Shown here: piece by piece, positions 12,870-26,535 of the stretch | Layout of the letters: each line of letters opens with the position of its first letter | Position numbering within the stretch: position 1 is the stretch's first letter | Source: Eledone cirrhosa | Lineage: Eukaryota | DNA: 64,000 bases | NCBI GenBank assembly: GCA_964016885.1 | Contig: OZ024760.1 | Span: forward strand, 4,216,001 to 4,280,000 | Reading direction: 5' to 3' | Made by a program: the position numbers and the translations under genes | The notes under the pieces: generated by a model | Seen by the model: only the letters and a program-made list of their open reading frames with translations | Told to the model about the DNA's origin: nothing | Databases searched by the model: none

Positions 12870-15600
12870 GGAAGGAAAGGGAGTTGGTAGATAGTGTAGA
12901 AGAGGCAATTAGAAGCGGCGACGTGGCCAGAGTGCTAGCGTCGAGAACGGCCCTGGGCCAGTTCTTTGACGCGAAACACGAAAGCTGCATCGTCCGAGGC
13001 AAAATACGTGCTCTAGGAAACGAGGGGACCAAAGCTGTTAGCTGGGCCCGCGTGACAGAAGCCAAAAGAGGGAGTAGATCTACTATCCGGTCGTTGCTAG
13101 ACCAGGATGGACGGGTGATCCTTGAGCCTAAGCAGATGTGCGAGGCTTTTCAAAAGCACTTTGCCAGATTGTTCAGAAGGGGCGGGGAGCCGGTTGGGGA
13201 AGTGGACTTCGGTCCATACCTCAACGGCCTGCCGCGTCTCTCGGACAGGGAGGCGAAGTCCTGCGAGGAGCTGATTTCAGCCGCTGAGATAGTGGACGTG
13301 TTGAGCCAATGTGGCAAACGCAAATCCCCGGGTCTCGATGGTCTTCCATATGAACTATATCTAGCTATGCCGGACTTGTTCCCCGATCTCCTCGAGGCGG
13401 TCTACTGCAACTGGCAACAGAACGGGAGAATTCCCTGTGCTGTGACCAAGGGCGTAGTCACGCTAGTGAGAAAGGACGAGAACAAGGAGGACGATATAAA
13501 TAATTTCAGGCCCATAACTCTTCTAAATACAGAGTTACAGATTTTGGCCAAGGTGCTAGCAAAGAGGTTGGCGCTTGTCGTGGGCAACCTGGTGGGAGAT
13601 GTGCAGACATGTGCTATCCCGTCCAGGTCCATCCACGACAACCTCCACCTCATGCGATACATCGTAGAGAGGGTTGGGAACGAACCCGGCTTTGGTGGGG
13701 CCCTGATCAACTTGGATCAATCTAAGGCGTTCGATAGTGTCGACCATGGTTACCTGGATGCGGTGCTAGCGGCGGCAGGCTTTGGACCCGTTTTCAGGGG
13801 CTGGATCAATGCCATGCACAGCAGCTGCATCTGCTCTAGGGTCAAGGTGAATGGCTACCTCTCGGAGCCGTTCGAAATTGCGCGGTCCATTCGACAAGGG
13901 TGCCCTCTCTCCTCCCTTCTGTATGTAATGACTCTAGAGCCACTGCTGCGGAAGTTGGTGTCGGCCTACGCCGATGACGTAACAGTAATGGTGTCGACGG
14001 CCTCGGAAATCGGGGCGATCGGCACCTTACTGGAGGAGTACGAAAGGTTTACAGGGGCTAAGCTGAACCGGGACAAGTCGATCAGTCTGCAACTCGGCAC
14101 GTGGAGGGGCAGATCGATGCCCTCCAATGGCGGCGGCGCTGGGGGAGGGCCCTTGGAGTTGCTCGGAGTCTGGTTCGGACCAAACCTCCAGGTGGAGAAG
14201 AACTGGGGTGAGGTAACGAACAGGGTGTTTGCACTGACACAGAAGTGGGCCGAGTGCAAACTGTCTCTGAAAGGTCGGGCGGAGGTGGCGAACACTTATA
14301 TAGCGTCCGTCATCTACTACCGCCTGACCGTTGTACCTTGCCCAAGGGAAACGCTCGCCAAAATGGAGCGCGCACTCTTCCAATTCCTTTGGAAAAAGCG
14401 GGCTCCTATGGTGAGGAGATCCATCTGCTGTCAACACCCTTCCAAAGGAGGGCTGGGGATGCCGTGGCTAATGATACGTAAACACGCATTAAGGCTACAG
14501 CACCTCCAGGTATTCCTCACCGGTCAACCGGTGTGGGCCCCGTTTGTGAGGCGGCCTTTCCCAGACTCGTCTCACTCACCGAGCTGCAATCCTGGGTCAA
14601 GCAAAGACCGAGAAAACTGGGCGCTTGGCACACCGAGTGTGCCCAGGCGCTCACGGCTCTCTGGCAGGCGGACCCGGCTGTCAGTGGAGAATCCACCTCG
14701 TCATTCTATAGAGGGCTGGTGGTTAGCAGGTGCGACGACGCCCTTGGAGAAGCCCTAGGCATGGAGGAAGACGAACTGGCCAACCTGTTCGGTAGGACAT
14801 TCACCCATGGATAACTTCCAGAGGTCCCTGGCCTGGCAGTGTTACCGAGGGGCTCTGCCCATTCGAGAAAGGCTCTACAGACACGGGCGCCCGGGTAGGG
14901 ACCCCTCGAAAAAGATCTGTCCCAGATGCGTGTGCGACGAGGAAACCGTTGCACACGCATTGGTACACTGCTCGGGCATTGCCGATCTGTGGGGCTATGT
15001 CGAACAACTGCTGTCAAGGGTGGGACCGATCCGGTTGACCACCGAGTCTATTGCAACGATCAAGCTGCCTCCCCTCTTCAAAAATGAAGGAGAGGCGGTG
15101 TTTCTGTGCGTAATAGCCATGGCGAAAGAAGTTGTATGGTGGACGTGTCTGAAAGGACTGAGGTCAGACACCTTTCTCTCTGGCCAACAACTGGTCCGTT
15201 TCTTCCGATATCATTTCGGAAGAAGGATCAGGATGGAGAGAGAGGTGCTGCACCCCAGCCGTTTTTATGAAAGATGGGTGAAAGCGGCGAGAATGGCCCG
15301 TGTGAATGGGCCTTCACTCTACATCAGACTATAGGTGACGAAGATGAAAACTCAAGGGAGCATCCCCTCTCTGTGCTCCTGAGGAGAAGGGTTTCATACT
15401 TTTTTTCGAGGGGGTGTGCGATCCCCCCAAGGCGCCTCCTACATATTGAGGATTTTGTTATTAAATTTATTTTTGTTATATTTTATTTTATTTTTATATC
15501 TTGTTATTGCCTCCTCCTTATTGAGGACGCCTTTTTATGTAAACTCCCCCATTGTACTTGTCCCACTTTTTGATGCCCTGGTGGCAAATAAAAAGAAAGT
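12870..15600 (+). mobile_element. L1/Tx1-clade LINE, 5'-truncated and frameshifted
   Basis: RT motifs KSPGLDGL, NFRPITLLN, LDQSKAFD, QGCPLS, YADD; C-terminal CPRC..ET..H...C knuckle; A-rich 3' end; putative TSD TATCTATA at 12862-12869 and 15601-15608. Confidence 0.92.
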
Positions 15601-15617
15601 TATCTATAAACACAAGC

Positions 15618-15657
<40 letters not shown>

Positions 15658-15813
15658 ATGTATATGTATGTATATGTACATATATGTATATATATAATGT
15701 ATATGTATGTATATGTACATATATATATAATGTATATGTATGTATATGTTCATATATATATATAATGTATATGTATATGTACATATATATATATAATGTA
15801 ATGTATATGTATA

Positions 15814-15853
<40 letters not shown>

Positions 15854-15989
15854 GTAATGTATATGTATATGTACATATATATATAATGTAATGTATATGT
15901 ATATGTACATATATATATATATAATGTAATGTATATGTACACATATATATATATAATGTAATGTATATGTACATATATATATATATATA

Positions 15990-16180
15990 TAATTGTTTCT
16001 ACGTTAGGCACAAGGCCAGCAATTACCCAGTGCATTACTGGTACTTTATTTTATCGACCCCGTAAGGATGAAAGGCAAAGTTAACCTCGACGGGATTTGA
16101 ACTCAGAATGGCAAGGGCCGTAACTCTATACGTTAAAGCATGGCGTCCGACCCTCTCCCAATACTGCCAATCCACCGCCC
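15990..16180 (-). mobile_element. tRNA-derived SINE with Deu/Nin-like central domain
   Basis: gagttcaaatccc B-box plus gcctttcatccttacggggtcgataaaataaagtacc; many copies in the window. Confidence 0.75.
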
Positions 16181-16248
16181 ATTATATATACAATGTAATG
16201 TATATGTTTATATATATATATATGTATATATATGTATATGTACATATA

Positions 16249-16296
<48 letters not shown>

Positions 16297-16949
16297 AGGT
16301 AATGTATATGCATATGTACATATATATATATATGTACATATATATATATGTATATGTACATATATATCTATATATATATATAATGTATATGTATATGTAC
16401 ATATATATGTATATGTATATATATATGTATATATATATGTATATATATATGTATATGTATATATATATGTATATGTATATATATATGTATATATATATAT
16501 AATGTAATGTATATGTACATATATATATATATATATATACATGTATATGTATATATATATATATATGTATATATATATAATGTAATGTATATGTACAAAA
16601 CACACTCGGATGTGAGGAAAAGCACTTTGTACCAAGTAGAATTTACATAATGTGTGTGTATGTATATATATATATATACATTTTAGGTTTAATTAATAAT
16701 ACTTATAAAAATATATATCAGTAAAGTTTCTCAGTACAAAGCTCAATAAACTTCAGTTCAGAGCATCAATCATATAAGTTTGTTTTGTACCGAGAAACAT
16801 TATTGATATACATTTTTAAATGTATTGATTAAACCTTAATATGCCTAAATTAGTTTCAATTGTTTAAAGTGGACTTGCTCGGAGCTGCTTCTACCACTCC
16901 TTAAAGCCTGTCCTATTATATCTGCCCTTCTATTAAACATTATTTTAAA

Positions 16950-17255
16950 TATTCTGAGTTCAAATCCCATTGAGGTTAACTTTGCCTTTCATCCTAATGG
17001 GGTTCGATAAAATAAAGTACCAGTAATACACTGGGATAATTGCTGGCCTTGTGCCTATTGTAGAAACAATTATTTTAAATATCGGTAGAGGGTCTGACGC
17101 CATGCTTTGCAGCAAAGCGTTACGGCCCTTGCCATTCTGAGTTCAAATCCTGCCGAGGTTAACTTTGCCTTTCATCCTTATGGGGTCGATAAAATAAAGC
17201 ACCAGTAATACACTGGGATAATTACTGGCCTTGTGCCAAAAGTAGAAACAATTAT
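16950..17255 (+). mobile_element. Two tandem copies of the Deu/Nin-like SINE
   Basis: Same body; each ends gtagaaacaattatt. Confidence 0.75.
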
Positions 17256-17920
17256 TTTAAAACCACATGGAGAATATTTTCAAAAGTTCTTCCTTGGTTA
17301 GTATATATAATATGTACATTTTAGTGCAGTGTGAGATGTATACATATGTATCTATATACATATAGCCAAGACCGAAACATACCAATGAAGGTCTTAGAAT
17401 GCGTATTACCCAAATCGATAATTGGTGATTGATACTAATTACTGAGATCAAAGGTTTGCAGTCTTATTTGGTTTCCAGAAAGAGATCTGTCTATGGGATT
17501 GTAGGCCATTATGACATCTTCAAGTATTTATTTAAATTTACATATGTCTTCTGTATATATGTACATACTAATATATGTGTGTGTTTACATATACAGTTGC
17601 CCCCTCTCCCCACCCCACCTCCCCTTTCTCTTCTTGTTCATTGTATTAACCTGTTCATTGTTAATACTTCACTCTCTCTATCTCCCCTCCCCCTTTATCT
17701 ACCTCTGAATATATATAGATATATATCTAGTTGTTATAATTTTTAAATAATTAAAATATTGTCTGCTTAAAGAAATCTAAAATATAAATACTGTACAAAC
17801 AACTGGTAATTTTCAAATCACTTAAAAATATTTTTAAAAAAATCAAGTTCACTTCAAAATAATTTTTAAATACACAGACATGTATATAATGTAAAATGAA
17901 ATTGGAAGGCCCATATATAT

Positions 17921-19960
17921 ATCATCATCATCATCATCATCATCATTTTACGTCCGCTTTTCCCTGCTTGCAAGGGTGGGACGGGTCTTATTTAGCACAG
18001 CATCTCTCCACTCGTCACGGTCCTTCGTCGTCTCCACCGTGAGCTTCAATGATCTGAGGTCTGTTCTCACCACTTCCGCCCATGTTTTTCGTGATCTACC
18101 TCTACCACGTCTTCCTTCAACTGGCATTTCCTGGCACTTCTTCACCCATCGGTCATCCTCCATGCGCATCACATGTCCATACCACCTCAGTCTCCTCTCC
18201 CGTACACTACATTCTATCCCTCTCAGACACAGTTTCTCTCTCAACACATTTATGCTGGGTCGTTCACGCACATCCAACGGAGCATGCTTGCCTCATTTCT
18301 CTCCAGCCGTCACATATCCTCTGCAGTTGCTGCCCATGTCTCACTACCATGCAGCATCGCGCTCCTCACACAGGCATCATACAACCGGCCTTTCGTATGC
18401 AGGGAGAAACCCTTCTTCGTCAACAGAGGAAGCAGCTCCCTAAACTTCTTCCAACCCGTCCTTATTCTAGATACTATGGCCTCAGAACACCCTCCTCCCA
18501 TGCTAATCTGATCTCCTAGGTACCGGAAGCTATCCACCACTTCTATAGCGCCCTCCTGCATTTGAAAAATGTGTCTATCAATGCGACTTCTACTGTCCAA
18601 TTTCCCTGTACATCTACTGAATACATATTTCTCCCTACCTGTTAGTTTGCCTGCTATCCCGCTACATCTCTTGTGTACCCAGGATCTGCATTGTGTGCAT
18701 TTTATAGAATTTATGCCAGTTCCTTTTCTGCATATCGAACATGGCCATTTCCCTGACGGAATCAGGGTTTTGTCCTCTTTTCTACTCATCAACACTTTTG
18801 TCTTAGCTAGATTCACTCTCAGTCCTCTTGCTTCCAACTGCTGTTTCCATAGCCAGAATTTATTCTCTAGCTCCTCTACTGATTCTGCTATAAGAACCAG
18901 ATCGTCAGCATAGAGAAGTTCCCATGGACAGCCAGTCTTAAACTCCTCTGTTATGGCTTGGAGGACTATAATGAACAAGAGTGGGCTGAGGACCGAACCC
19001 TGATGTACTCCTACTTGTATCTGGAATTCCTCACTAAACTCCATTCCTACCCTGACTTTACTGAGAGTACCTCTGTACAAAGTTTGCACTGTCCTCACAA
19101 GCCATTCCTCAACACCTAGCTTCCTTAGGGACTACCAGATGACAGATCGGGGTACCCTATCAAAGGCCTTCTCTAGGTCAACAAAGGCTAAGTATAGTGG
19201 CTTATTCTTCTCTAAGAACCTCTCTTGCAATTGTCTCACCAAGAAGAGGGCATCTGTTGTACTCTTCCCAGGCACAAAACCAAACTGCATCTCATCTAGT
19301 TCGACCCTTTCTCTAATTAGTTGTGCTAAAATCCTTTCTGCCACTTTCATAACCTGATCTATCAGTTTTATACCCCTCTCCAGAGCATCCCCTTTACCTT
19401 TGTAGCAATTTATGAGAATACTGCTGCACCAGTCTTTGGGTATGACACCACCATATATAGCCTGATTGATGATGCATGCAGCCAGTTTAGTGCCTACGTC
19501 CCCTGATGCCTTCAGCATCTCAGCAACTATTCCCGATGGTTCGGCAGCCTTTCCATTTTTAATTTCCCTAATCGCCTCTTGGACCCTATATTTGTCAATC
19601 TCAATAGCTGGTCCCTCTGTCGGATCTACCAAGGGTAATTTCTCTCTCTCCCATTTGTTCTCCACATTCATCAGTCTTTCATAATGACATTTCCAGGCCT
19701 CCTTTTTCTGATCATTCGTGACACTAAGTACACCGGCATCATCCCGGACACATTTATCTCCAACATCCTGATTTGCATTGACACACTGCCTTGCAATGTG
19801 GAACACCGCACGCCTCTGATCTTCCCGTCGCAGAACATTGGCAAACCTCCTGCTCTCTGCCTCCCTGCGTGCTAAGTACACCTGACGTCTAGCTTCTCTC
19901 TTAGTGGCTGTATCTTCTTCCCTACTCCCACCCTTTTTCCAAGCCTTCCATGCTAGTCTT
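17921..19960 (-). mobile_element. RTE-clade LINE, 5'-truncated and disrupted
   Basis: QFGFVPGKSTTDA, AFVDLEKAFDRVPR, GVHQGSVLSPLLF, LLYADD, RRLRWYGHV; (GAT)n tail at 17921-17946. Confidence 0.93.
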
Positions 19961-20355
19961 TATATATATATATATATATTTCGTAAATGAAACACAACTG
20001 TAAGCGTGCTAGCGATCTAATTGGTTATCACGGAGCTATTGGCTATTTATGGAGGTACCCGGAAAAAACATGTATCTCGGGAACGCATGCTCCAATTTAT
20101 GCGTAACTTGTTTTATTCCATTTGTATTCCAATTTCAGGGTCAACTGCCTTTCAAAGTATTTTCCCATTATGCACTGTTTTAGCTGTATTAAATTACAGA
20201 CAATCACAGAGTTTTAGTAGTATATAGATATATATAAAATTTGAATTTTATTTCTCGCTCTAGCCTAGCACAGCTGATACATAAATGTAAGTATGCATAC
20301 TACACACACACACAATGTATAAATATATATATGCATGTGTGTACGTATGCATACT

Positions 20356-20390
<35 letters not shown>

Positions 20391-20394
<4 letters not shown>

Positions 20395-21150
20395 TCATTA
20401 GTTAAGCAAAACAAGACCACAAATTTCACAAGGAAGAGATTGTCAACATATTTTAGTTTGATGTAAGGAATGTAGAGAATAATAATAATAATATTAATAA
20501 TAATAATGTCCGTTTACAATTGTTTCGCTACTCCATATAATATTTCTGGATCAGATGACTATATATCATTATTGATCTGGTTCAGTTGAAAATAATTAAC
20601 ATATTTAAAAACAGAGCGGCTCATCGGAACTTCAAAGGAATATAAATTAAAATAAGGAGAGAATGTTACATAATGTAGTGTTCCATATATTGGTGTTTCA
20701 CTATGGTGTCCTGGTTGTACCTGTTTTAATTTATATTCCTTTGAAGTTCCGATGAGCTGCTCTGTTTTTAAATATGTTAATTATTTTCAGCTGAACCAGA
20801 TCAATAATGATATATAGTCATCTGATCCAGAAATATTATATGGAGTAGCGAAACAATTGTAAACGGACATTATTATTATTAATATTATTATTATTATTCT
20901 CTACATTCCTTACATCAAACTAAAATATGTTGACAATCTCTTAATAATGTCTTCCTTGTGAAATTTGTGGTCTTGTTTTGCTTAACTAATGAATATTTCC
21001 AGCTCTGCGCACCTAACTTCTGCATGAACCCAGCCACCTAGCTGCTTTCTACTGCATATTGCACATTGAGCACATGCCTTTACGCTTTGGCTTCTAACTA
21101 ATTCACCAATCTCTCCTCTCCTATCTCCATCTCCCTCTTTAAGATTGAAC
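20391..21150 (+). mobile_element. Non-coding fold-back insertion (PLE pLTR-like) carrying hammerhead motifs
   Basis: ~20391-20652 is the reverse complement of ~20724-20996; an unpaired tail follows; (TA)n on both sides. Confidence 0.7.
20746..20864 (+). ncRNA. Minimal type-I hammerhead ribozyme motif (inverted copy at 20512-20630)
   Basis: GTT-CCGATGA-GCTGCTC..GAGTAGC-GAAA-C-AATT-G-TA-AAC: 3-bp stem I, 7-bp stem II with a long loop, palindromic minimal stem III, GUA site. Confidence 0.65.
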
Positions 21151-21185
21151 TGTGTATGTATATATATATATATATATATTATATA

Positions 21186-21285
21186 CAGGGTGCCCCACCC
21201 CCAATGTATACACAAAGGCTGTGCATTCTAATAAATATTGCCTGTACAGGTAATCAAAGTGTTTTACATTTTTTGGGACACCCTA
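21186..21285. mobile_element. Tc1/mariner-type MITE
   Basis: TA|cagggtgcccca ... tgggacaccct(a)|TA terminal inverted repeats. Confidence 0.6.
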
Positions 21286-21298
21286 TATATAAATATAT

Positions 21299-22047
21299 AT
21301 ACTAGCCGAATTACCCGCGCCTTGCTGCGTTTCACACATTTTTTTTGTAAGAAAATGATGATTGATTTTAAATCAGTGATATAATTTATGGAGAAAAACT
21401 CTGCATTTCAATATTACTCAATGAAAAATTGGAAAACATTATTTATTGTAATATATCAAATCAAAATTACATTATTAAATCTTATTCTTATTTTGTTTCT
21501 TGTAAATAATTTTTTTCAAAATATCAATTCAAAACTTTTGTGAATGGTTTAAATTTCATATAAATCGAAAGGAAAAAGATTTCAGCAGGGGTTTTGTGAC
21601 GCCGGGGAACCCTTTGGTTAAAATGAAATATACTTATCCAAGTACCCTGGGCAATGTAGTTTCAGAATATATATGGTTATGAGGTCTATCTCCAAAACCA
21701 TAGGATTTCGTGAAATGTTGTTCTATTTATTGGCCAAAATGTTCACTATAGGGGGTTTAATCCCCATTAGGGTGTCTTAATATTATTGAAATTTGCTGAA
21801 ATTTTGTGAATAGGCATCATACCATATCTTGTCATTTACCTATGGTTTAAATTTCATATAAATCGAAGGGAAAACATTTTCAGTGGGGAAACCCTTTGAT
21901 TAAAATGAAATATACGTAAGAAATGAGCCCCACACACGTGTCAAATTTCATCAAGATCAGTTTGGTAGGTTTTCAGTTTTAGGTTCACAAGCAAATCCAC
22001 AAACACACATACAAACAAACAGAAATTGTCATTTATGTATATAGATA
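21299..22047 (+). mobile_element. Helitron-like non-autonomous element (Lep1-like architecture)
   Basis: Starts actagccgaattacccgcgccttgctgcg; ends caaatttcatcaagatc...acaaacacacatacaaacaaacag...tatatagat; internal duplication 21544-21632 / 21843-21915. Confidence 0.55.
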
Positions 22048-22237
22048 TATATATATCTTTATTATATATAGAAATGACTTCTACAGAACTAGAACTGTTT
22101 CATTTGTATGAACTGATTATTTCATATGAATGAAACAGTTATTTTTATATTTAATAATGCCTACACTTTACCAACGCATTGAATACCTTTTTCAACACCA
22201 CTCAGGAATAACACTAATAACAACACTTGTTTTTCAG

Positions 22238-22375
22238 AGCCCATTGGTATTACCAAAACTGACACAGAAAGTTCCAAACATGTCTTTGCCAGAGAGTTGT
22301 GGTATTAATGTCTATCGTACTGTTGCTGGGACGGCTGCTAAAACACAAACCAGGGTAGCTCATGTACCTAAAAAG
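22238..22375 (+). CDS. REXO1: REXO1-like exon (SPLVLPKL...TQTRVAHVPKK)
   Basis: ttttcag| acceptor, AAG|GTAAGT donor; 138 bp, phase 0/0; second RVAHVP motif. Confidence 0.82.
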
Positions 22376-23389
22376 GTAAGTTTTCTGTTCTTATACACTA
22401 CTGCTTGTGTGTTTGTGTGTGAGGGGGCATGTAGTAGTAGCAGTAGTAGTAATGTATTTATGTGTTCACACACACTATATATATATCATCATCATCGTTT
22501 AACGTCGATCTTCCATGCTAGCATGGGTTAGACGGGTTTGTCCCACTTGAGGCAAGTTGGGTCAGGTGACTGTGTCTTGCTTATATATATGTGTGTGTGT
22601 GTGTATCCTGGATTCAATCGGGGGTAAACATAGTAAGGAACTCAATACATAGTAGAGTATAATAATGTTTAATATAGAAATGGCTTCTACAAGACTAGAA
22701 CTGTTTGAACAAAAAGAGGTGAGAGAATTCTGGCCGGATACGGCCGGTTTGAATGCTAAAGGGTCAAGATGTGTAAATTTACACATTTGTCAGTATGGAA
22801 TATAAGCTGACCCCTTATTTTATATCTGAGATATAGGCAAAAATCCAAATCCCATTTATTAGCCGAGGCAGGTAATCAACAGTGTTTTGAAATTTTCATG
22901 AATGGAGAATATATTTGTGATGTCTTAATATTTTAATATTTAAAATGTTTTAAGTGTTGTTTAGAGTATAGTTTTTGTTTCACAACTCCATTATGTAGTG
23001 GTTGTTTTACCAATTTCCTACAGTTTTAAAATCCAGGGGAAAATTGGTGAAATAATTTACCTTGAATGTAAGCCGATCCCCCATTTTCCCCTCAATTTAT
23101 ATTTTTTTTTTTTTCACATATTTCTCAGCTTGTATATAAGTATCTATAGTAAATCCTGTTTTTCAAGGAAATGTAATAATTGCAAATGTCAATAAAAAAA
23201 ATTAATTTCATGGAAACTGTTTACTCATAACTTGAATATCACAATTTGCATAACTTTAGGTTTTAGTTGTCAGGTTTGGAGCTTTTTTTGTGGGAGAGGG
23301 TTCTGTGTGAATTAACTATTAAATTAATTTGACATGGTAACAAATTGACACGTCGCAATCGCGAATACAAAAGGTTGAAATGGTGTTTC

Positions 23390-23830
23390 TCCAAAGGATC
23401 TTTGGGTTACTTGATGGACTACATAGCTCCAGGTAGAGCCACTACTTCCTCGAATTGATAGATCACAGCTCTGGTACTATGAACATGTGGTTAGAATGTC
23501 TCGGGAAAGAATCGGTGGACAGATTTGTAGCTCAGAGATCAGAGAGTTGCTTCAGATAGAGCCGCTACTCTGAATTGAGAGATCACAGTTCTGGTACTAT
23601 GGGCATGTGGTTAGAATATCTCAGGAAAGAATCGCTGGACAGATTTTTACAAGCAAAACCAACCGACAGGAGACCCAAGGGTAGACCTGAAGCAAGATGG
23701 TTGGATAACATCCATAAGCTCAGCTGGTCTTGCTTGAGGATCCAGCCAAATCAATTGGAAATGGTTGCTTCTGACAGGACCCACTGGAAGAAGTGTTTGA
23801 TGACTCTCCCACAACTCTCTCAGGAATAAG
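23390..23830 (+). mobile_element. RTE-type LINE 3' fragment
   Basis: RRPKGRPEARWLDNI...ASDRTHWKK; related tail at ~4640-4780. Confidence 0.65.
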
Positions 23831-24653
23831 TGGGCAAAGAAAAAGTTGACAGCTTATGAATTGACAGTGTAACGAACTAGCAGAGTGGGAAATTGACATG
23901 GAAATTGATATATATATATATAGATCATCATATATATTTAAATCATCATGTTTTCCTGATGATTTCCTTCAAATGAAACAGTTCTAGTCCTGTAGAGGCC
24001 ATTTCTATATTAAACATTTATACTCTGCTATATATCGAGTACCTTACTTACGGTGGTTACTCCCAATTGAACCCGGGATACACACATATGTATATATATT
24101 TATACCTTGCGTGATAAATTATCCGAAAATACTATAATGATCCCCCAGAAGAGAGCTGATTAGCAGTAATTGCCCACACAATTCCTATATTTCTCCCACT
24201 TTATTTTTAATAATATATATTTATATCCCTTGTGTGGATCTCAAAACTGTCAAAGCTTAACCGTATGGCAGGAAATCCTTATATGTGTGTGTCTCTTAGT
24301 ATATATAAGTATATATTTAGTTTGATCACCTTATATAGTGAAATATTGAGAATGATCAAGGATGTCACAATACAGACCTCTCTTCCTCTCAAATGTACTT
24401 GATTCAATGTCTAATGAAAAAAAAAAAAGCTATTGCTCTCTTTCTCTCTCTCTATATATATCCCTCTTTACTCCTCTTCACTACTTATATATACACACAT
24501 ATATATATATACACACATATATATATATATATATACACATACACTCACACATATATATATATACATACATACACACACATACATATATATATATACATAC
24601 ACACATACATATACATACATACATGCACACACATATATATACATACATACACG

Positions 24654-24737
<84 letters not shown>

Positions 24738-24787
24738 TCTCTCTACACCCCTCCACTCCCCGATTTCGACATATATCTCTAGTTTGA

Positions 24788-24920
24788 TTCCACTTCCGTT
24801 ATTATGATGTCAGCTGAAATGACGTTTCCAGGAAGTGATATAGGATGGTTGTTAGCGCTCCTCTGATTGGTCGCTTTCCCCAACAGAACGGAGGCGTGGT
24901 TAGTCACGAGGGACGCGTGT
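24788..24920 (+). promoter_or_regulatory. Promoter/enhancer-like motif cluster
   Basis: About 130 bp with ACTTCCG and CAGGAAGT (ETS-like), TGACGT (CRE half-site), CTGATTGG (reverse CCAAT box) and GAGGCGTGGT (Sp/KLF-like). CpG-rich relative to the flanks. Confidence 0.45.
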
Positions 24921-25759
24921 ATTTGTGTATATGTCTTATGATAATCTCTATGCGCCTACACTCTTCTCTACGTATATGTGTATGCGTGTGACCGAGTTCG
25001 TTAGCATGCGCCGTTTGTGTTTTGTATAAATATGTTTATGTGCGCGCGCGCGCGCGTGTGTATGTATGAGTGTGTTGTTGTTTTACTAGTCTGTGAGTGT
25101 GTGTGAACGTGATTGCATGCGTCATTGATGTTTGTAAACATGTAATCGCGTGAGTACATGTGTGTGTATAAATTATCTGTGTGTGTATGTAAATTATGTG
25201 TGTATGTTGTTTTACGAGTCTGTGAGTGCGTTGATGCTTGTATACATCTGTGAGTGTGTTGATGCTTGTATACATCTGTGTGTGTGAACAGTCATATGTG
25301 TATGGATATGTGGTTTGTGTGTAGTTTTGTATAAATATGTTCGTGTATGTGTATGTAAATCACCTTCTGTGTATGAGTATGTCGTTGTTTTACTAGTCTG
25401 TGCGTGATCGCACGCGTCGTTGATGCTTGTATACATGTGTGTGTGAACAGTCGTATATGTGATTGTTTTACTTGTGTGTAAGCGTGTGTTGTTTTGCATA
25501 AATATGTGTATATGTAAATTATTTTTTGTGTGTGAGTATGTTTACTAGTCTGTGAGTGTGTTGATGCTTGTATACTGTGTGTGTATGTATGTGTTTATGA
25601 AGAATCTTATATGTATGGATATGTGGTTTTAAGTGTGTGTGTAAACAGTCTTATATGTATGGATATGTGGTTGTATCAAGTGTGTATATGTGTATATGTA
25701 AACAGTGTTATATCTATGGATATGTGGTAGTTTCAAGTGTGTGTGTAAGTGTGTGTGTG

Positions 25760-26322
25760 CTGACGTGAACGGACGTCGTTTACTTACGCAACTGTTGCTG
25801 TTTTGTTTATTTGTTGTATAAAACAAATTTTTCTTCTGCTTTCTGTTTTTTGTTTGTTTGTTCTCTCCTCCTCCTTTCACTCTCTCTCCTCCTCCCCATC
25901 TCAGTCATTTTCGCTCGGTTCCTTTTAAATATTCTCACACGACTCGCTTCATTCGTTCGTCGCTCGTTCGTCTGTTCGGTCGTTCACCCTACAACCAATA
26001 ACATGACTTGAATTACTAACAACAGCATTTTATATTATTGTCCTTACTATTACCATTATTAATATCAACACTCACTCCAGACTGTTTGTGCTATGATCGA
26101 TCCTTTTTGGAATACTAACTTAAAACACAATTCAAACCAGAACTTAACCTAACAAAATAAGAAAAGAAAACAAAACAAAAGTTTTATTTTGTTTCGATTT
26201 TACTGAAATTTTTAAAAGAAATTAATTTAATTTAAATTAAATTAATTAAAACAAACGGCGACTGCGGCGTTGACAACAAATATAACAACAGGACTAGGAT
26301 ATATTTCGTTACTCTGTCTGCT
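25760..26322 (+). promoter_or_regulatory. Candidate TSS and 5' UTR of an internal transcript
   Basis: TGACGTG, a pyrimidine tract, initiator-like TCAGTC at 25901-25906 and CpG-rich sequence (ttcgctcgg, ttcgttcgtcgctcgttcg) leading to the ATG at 26323. Confidence 0.4.
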
Positions 26323-26535
26323 ATGGACGCGGCCGTCATGCTGGAGCCACCACGACCATACCAACGGGACCTTATGACCTGGTATGCCCCCGCTCGGATT
26401 TTCTATTGTGGAAGACCCAGGAACCGTGGCTGCGATTTCTCTTATAATGTTGATGTAGCTGGGGGCTGTGGTGGTATCGTTGCTGGCCATGGGCATCCTA
26501 TGTTTATAAACATGTCGCATCACAGAACACGCCAG
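26323..26535 (+). CDS. Candidate alternative first coding exon (MDAAVMLEPPRPYQRDLMTWYAPARIFYCGRPRNRGC...HHRTRQ, 71 aa)
   Basis: ATG in strong context (GCTATGG), complex non-repetitive codon-like sequence, CAG|GTAAAC donor at phase 0 matching the phase-0 acceptor at 48629. Preceded by a CpG-richer UTR/promoter-like stretch. Confidence 0.55.

Noticed and set aside
15552-16635. Many YI/HT-repeat ORFs
   Set aside because: Translations of (TA)n/(CA)n microsatellites.
24135-24280. ccc-cagaaga-gag...ctc-aaaa hammerhead-like remnant
   Set aside because: Core mismatches and no convincing stem I or III.
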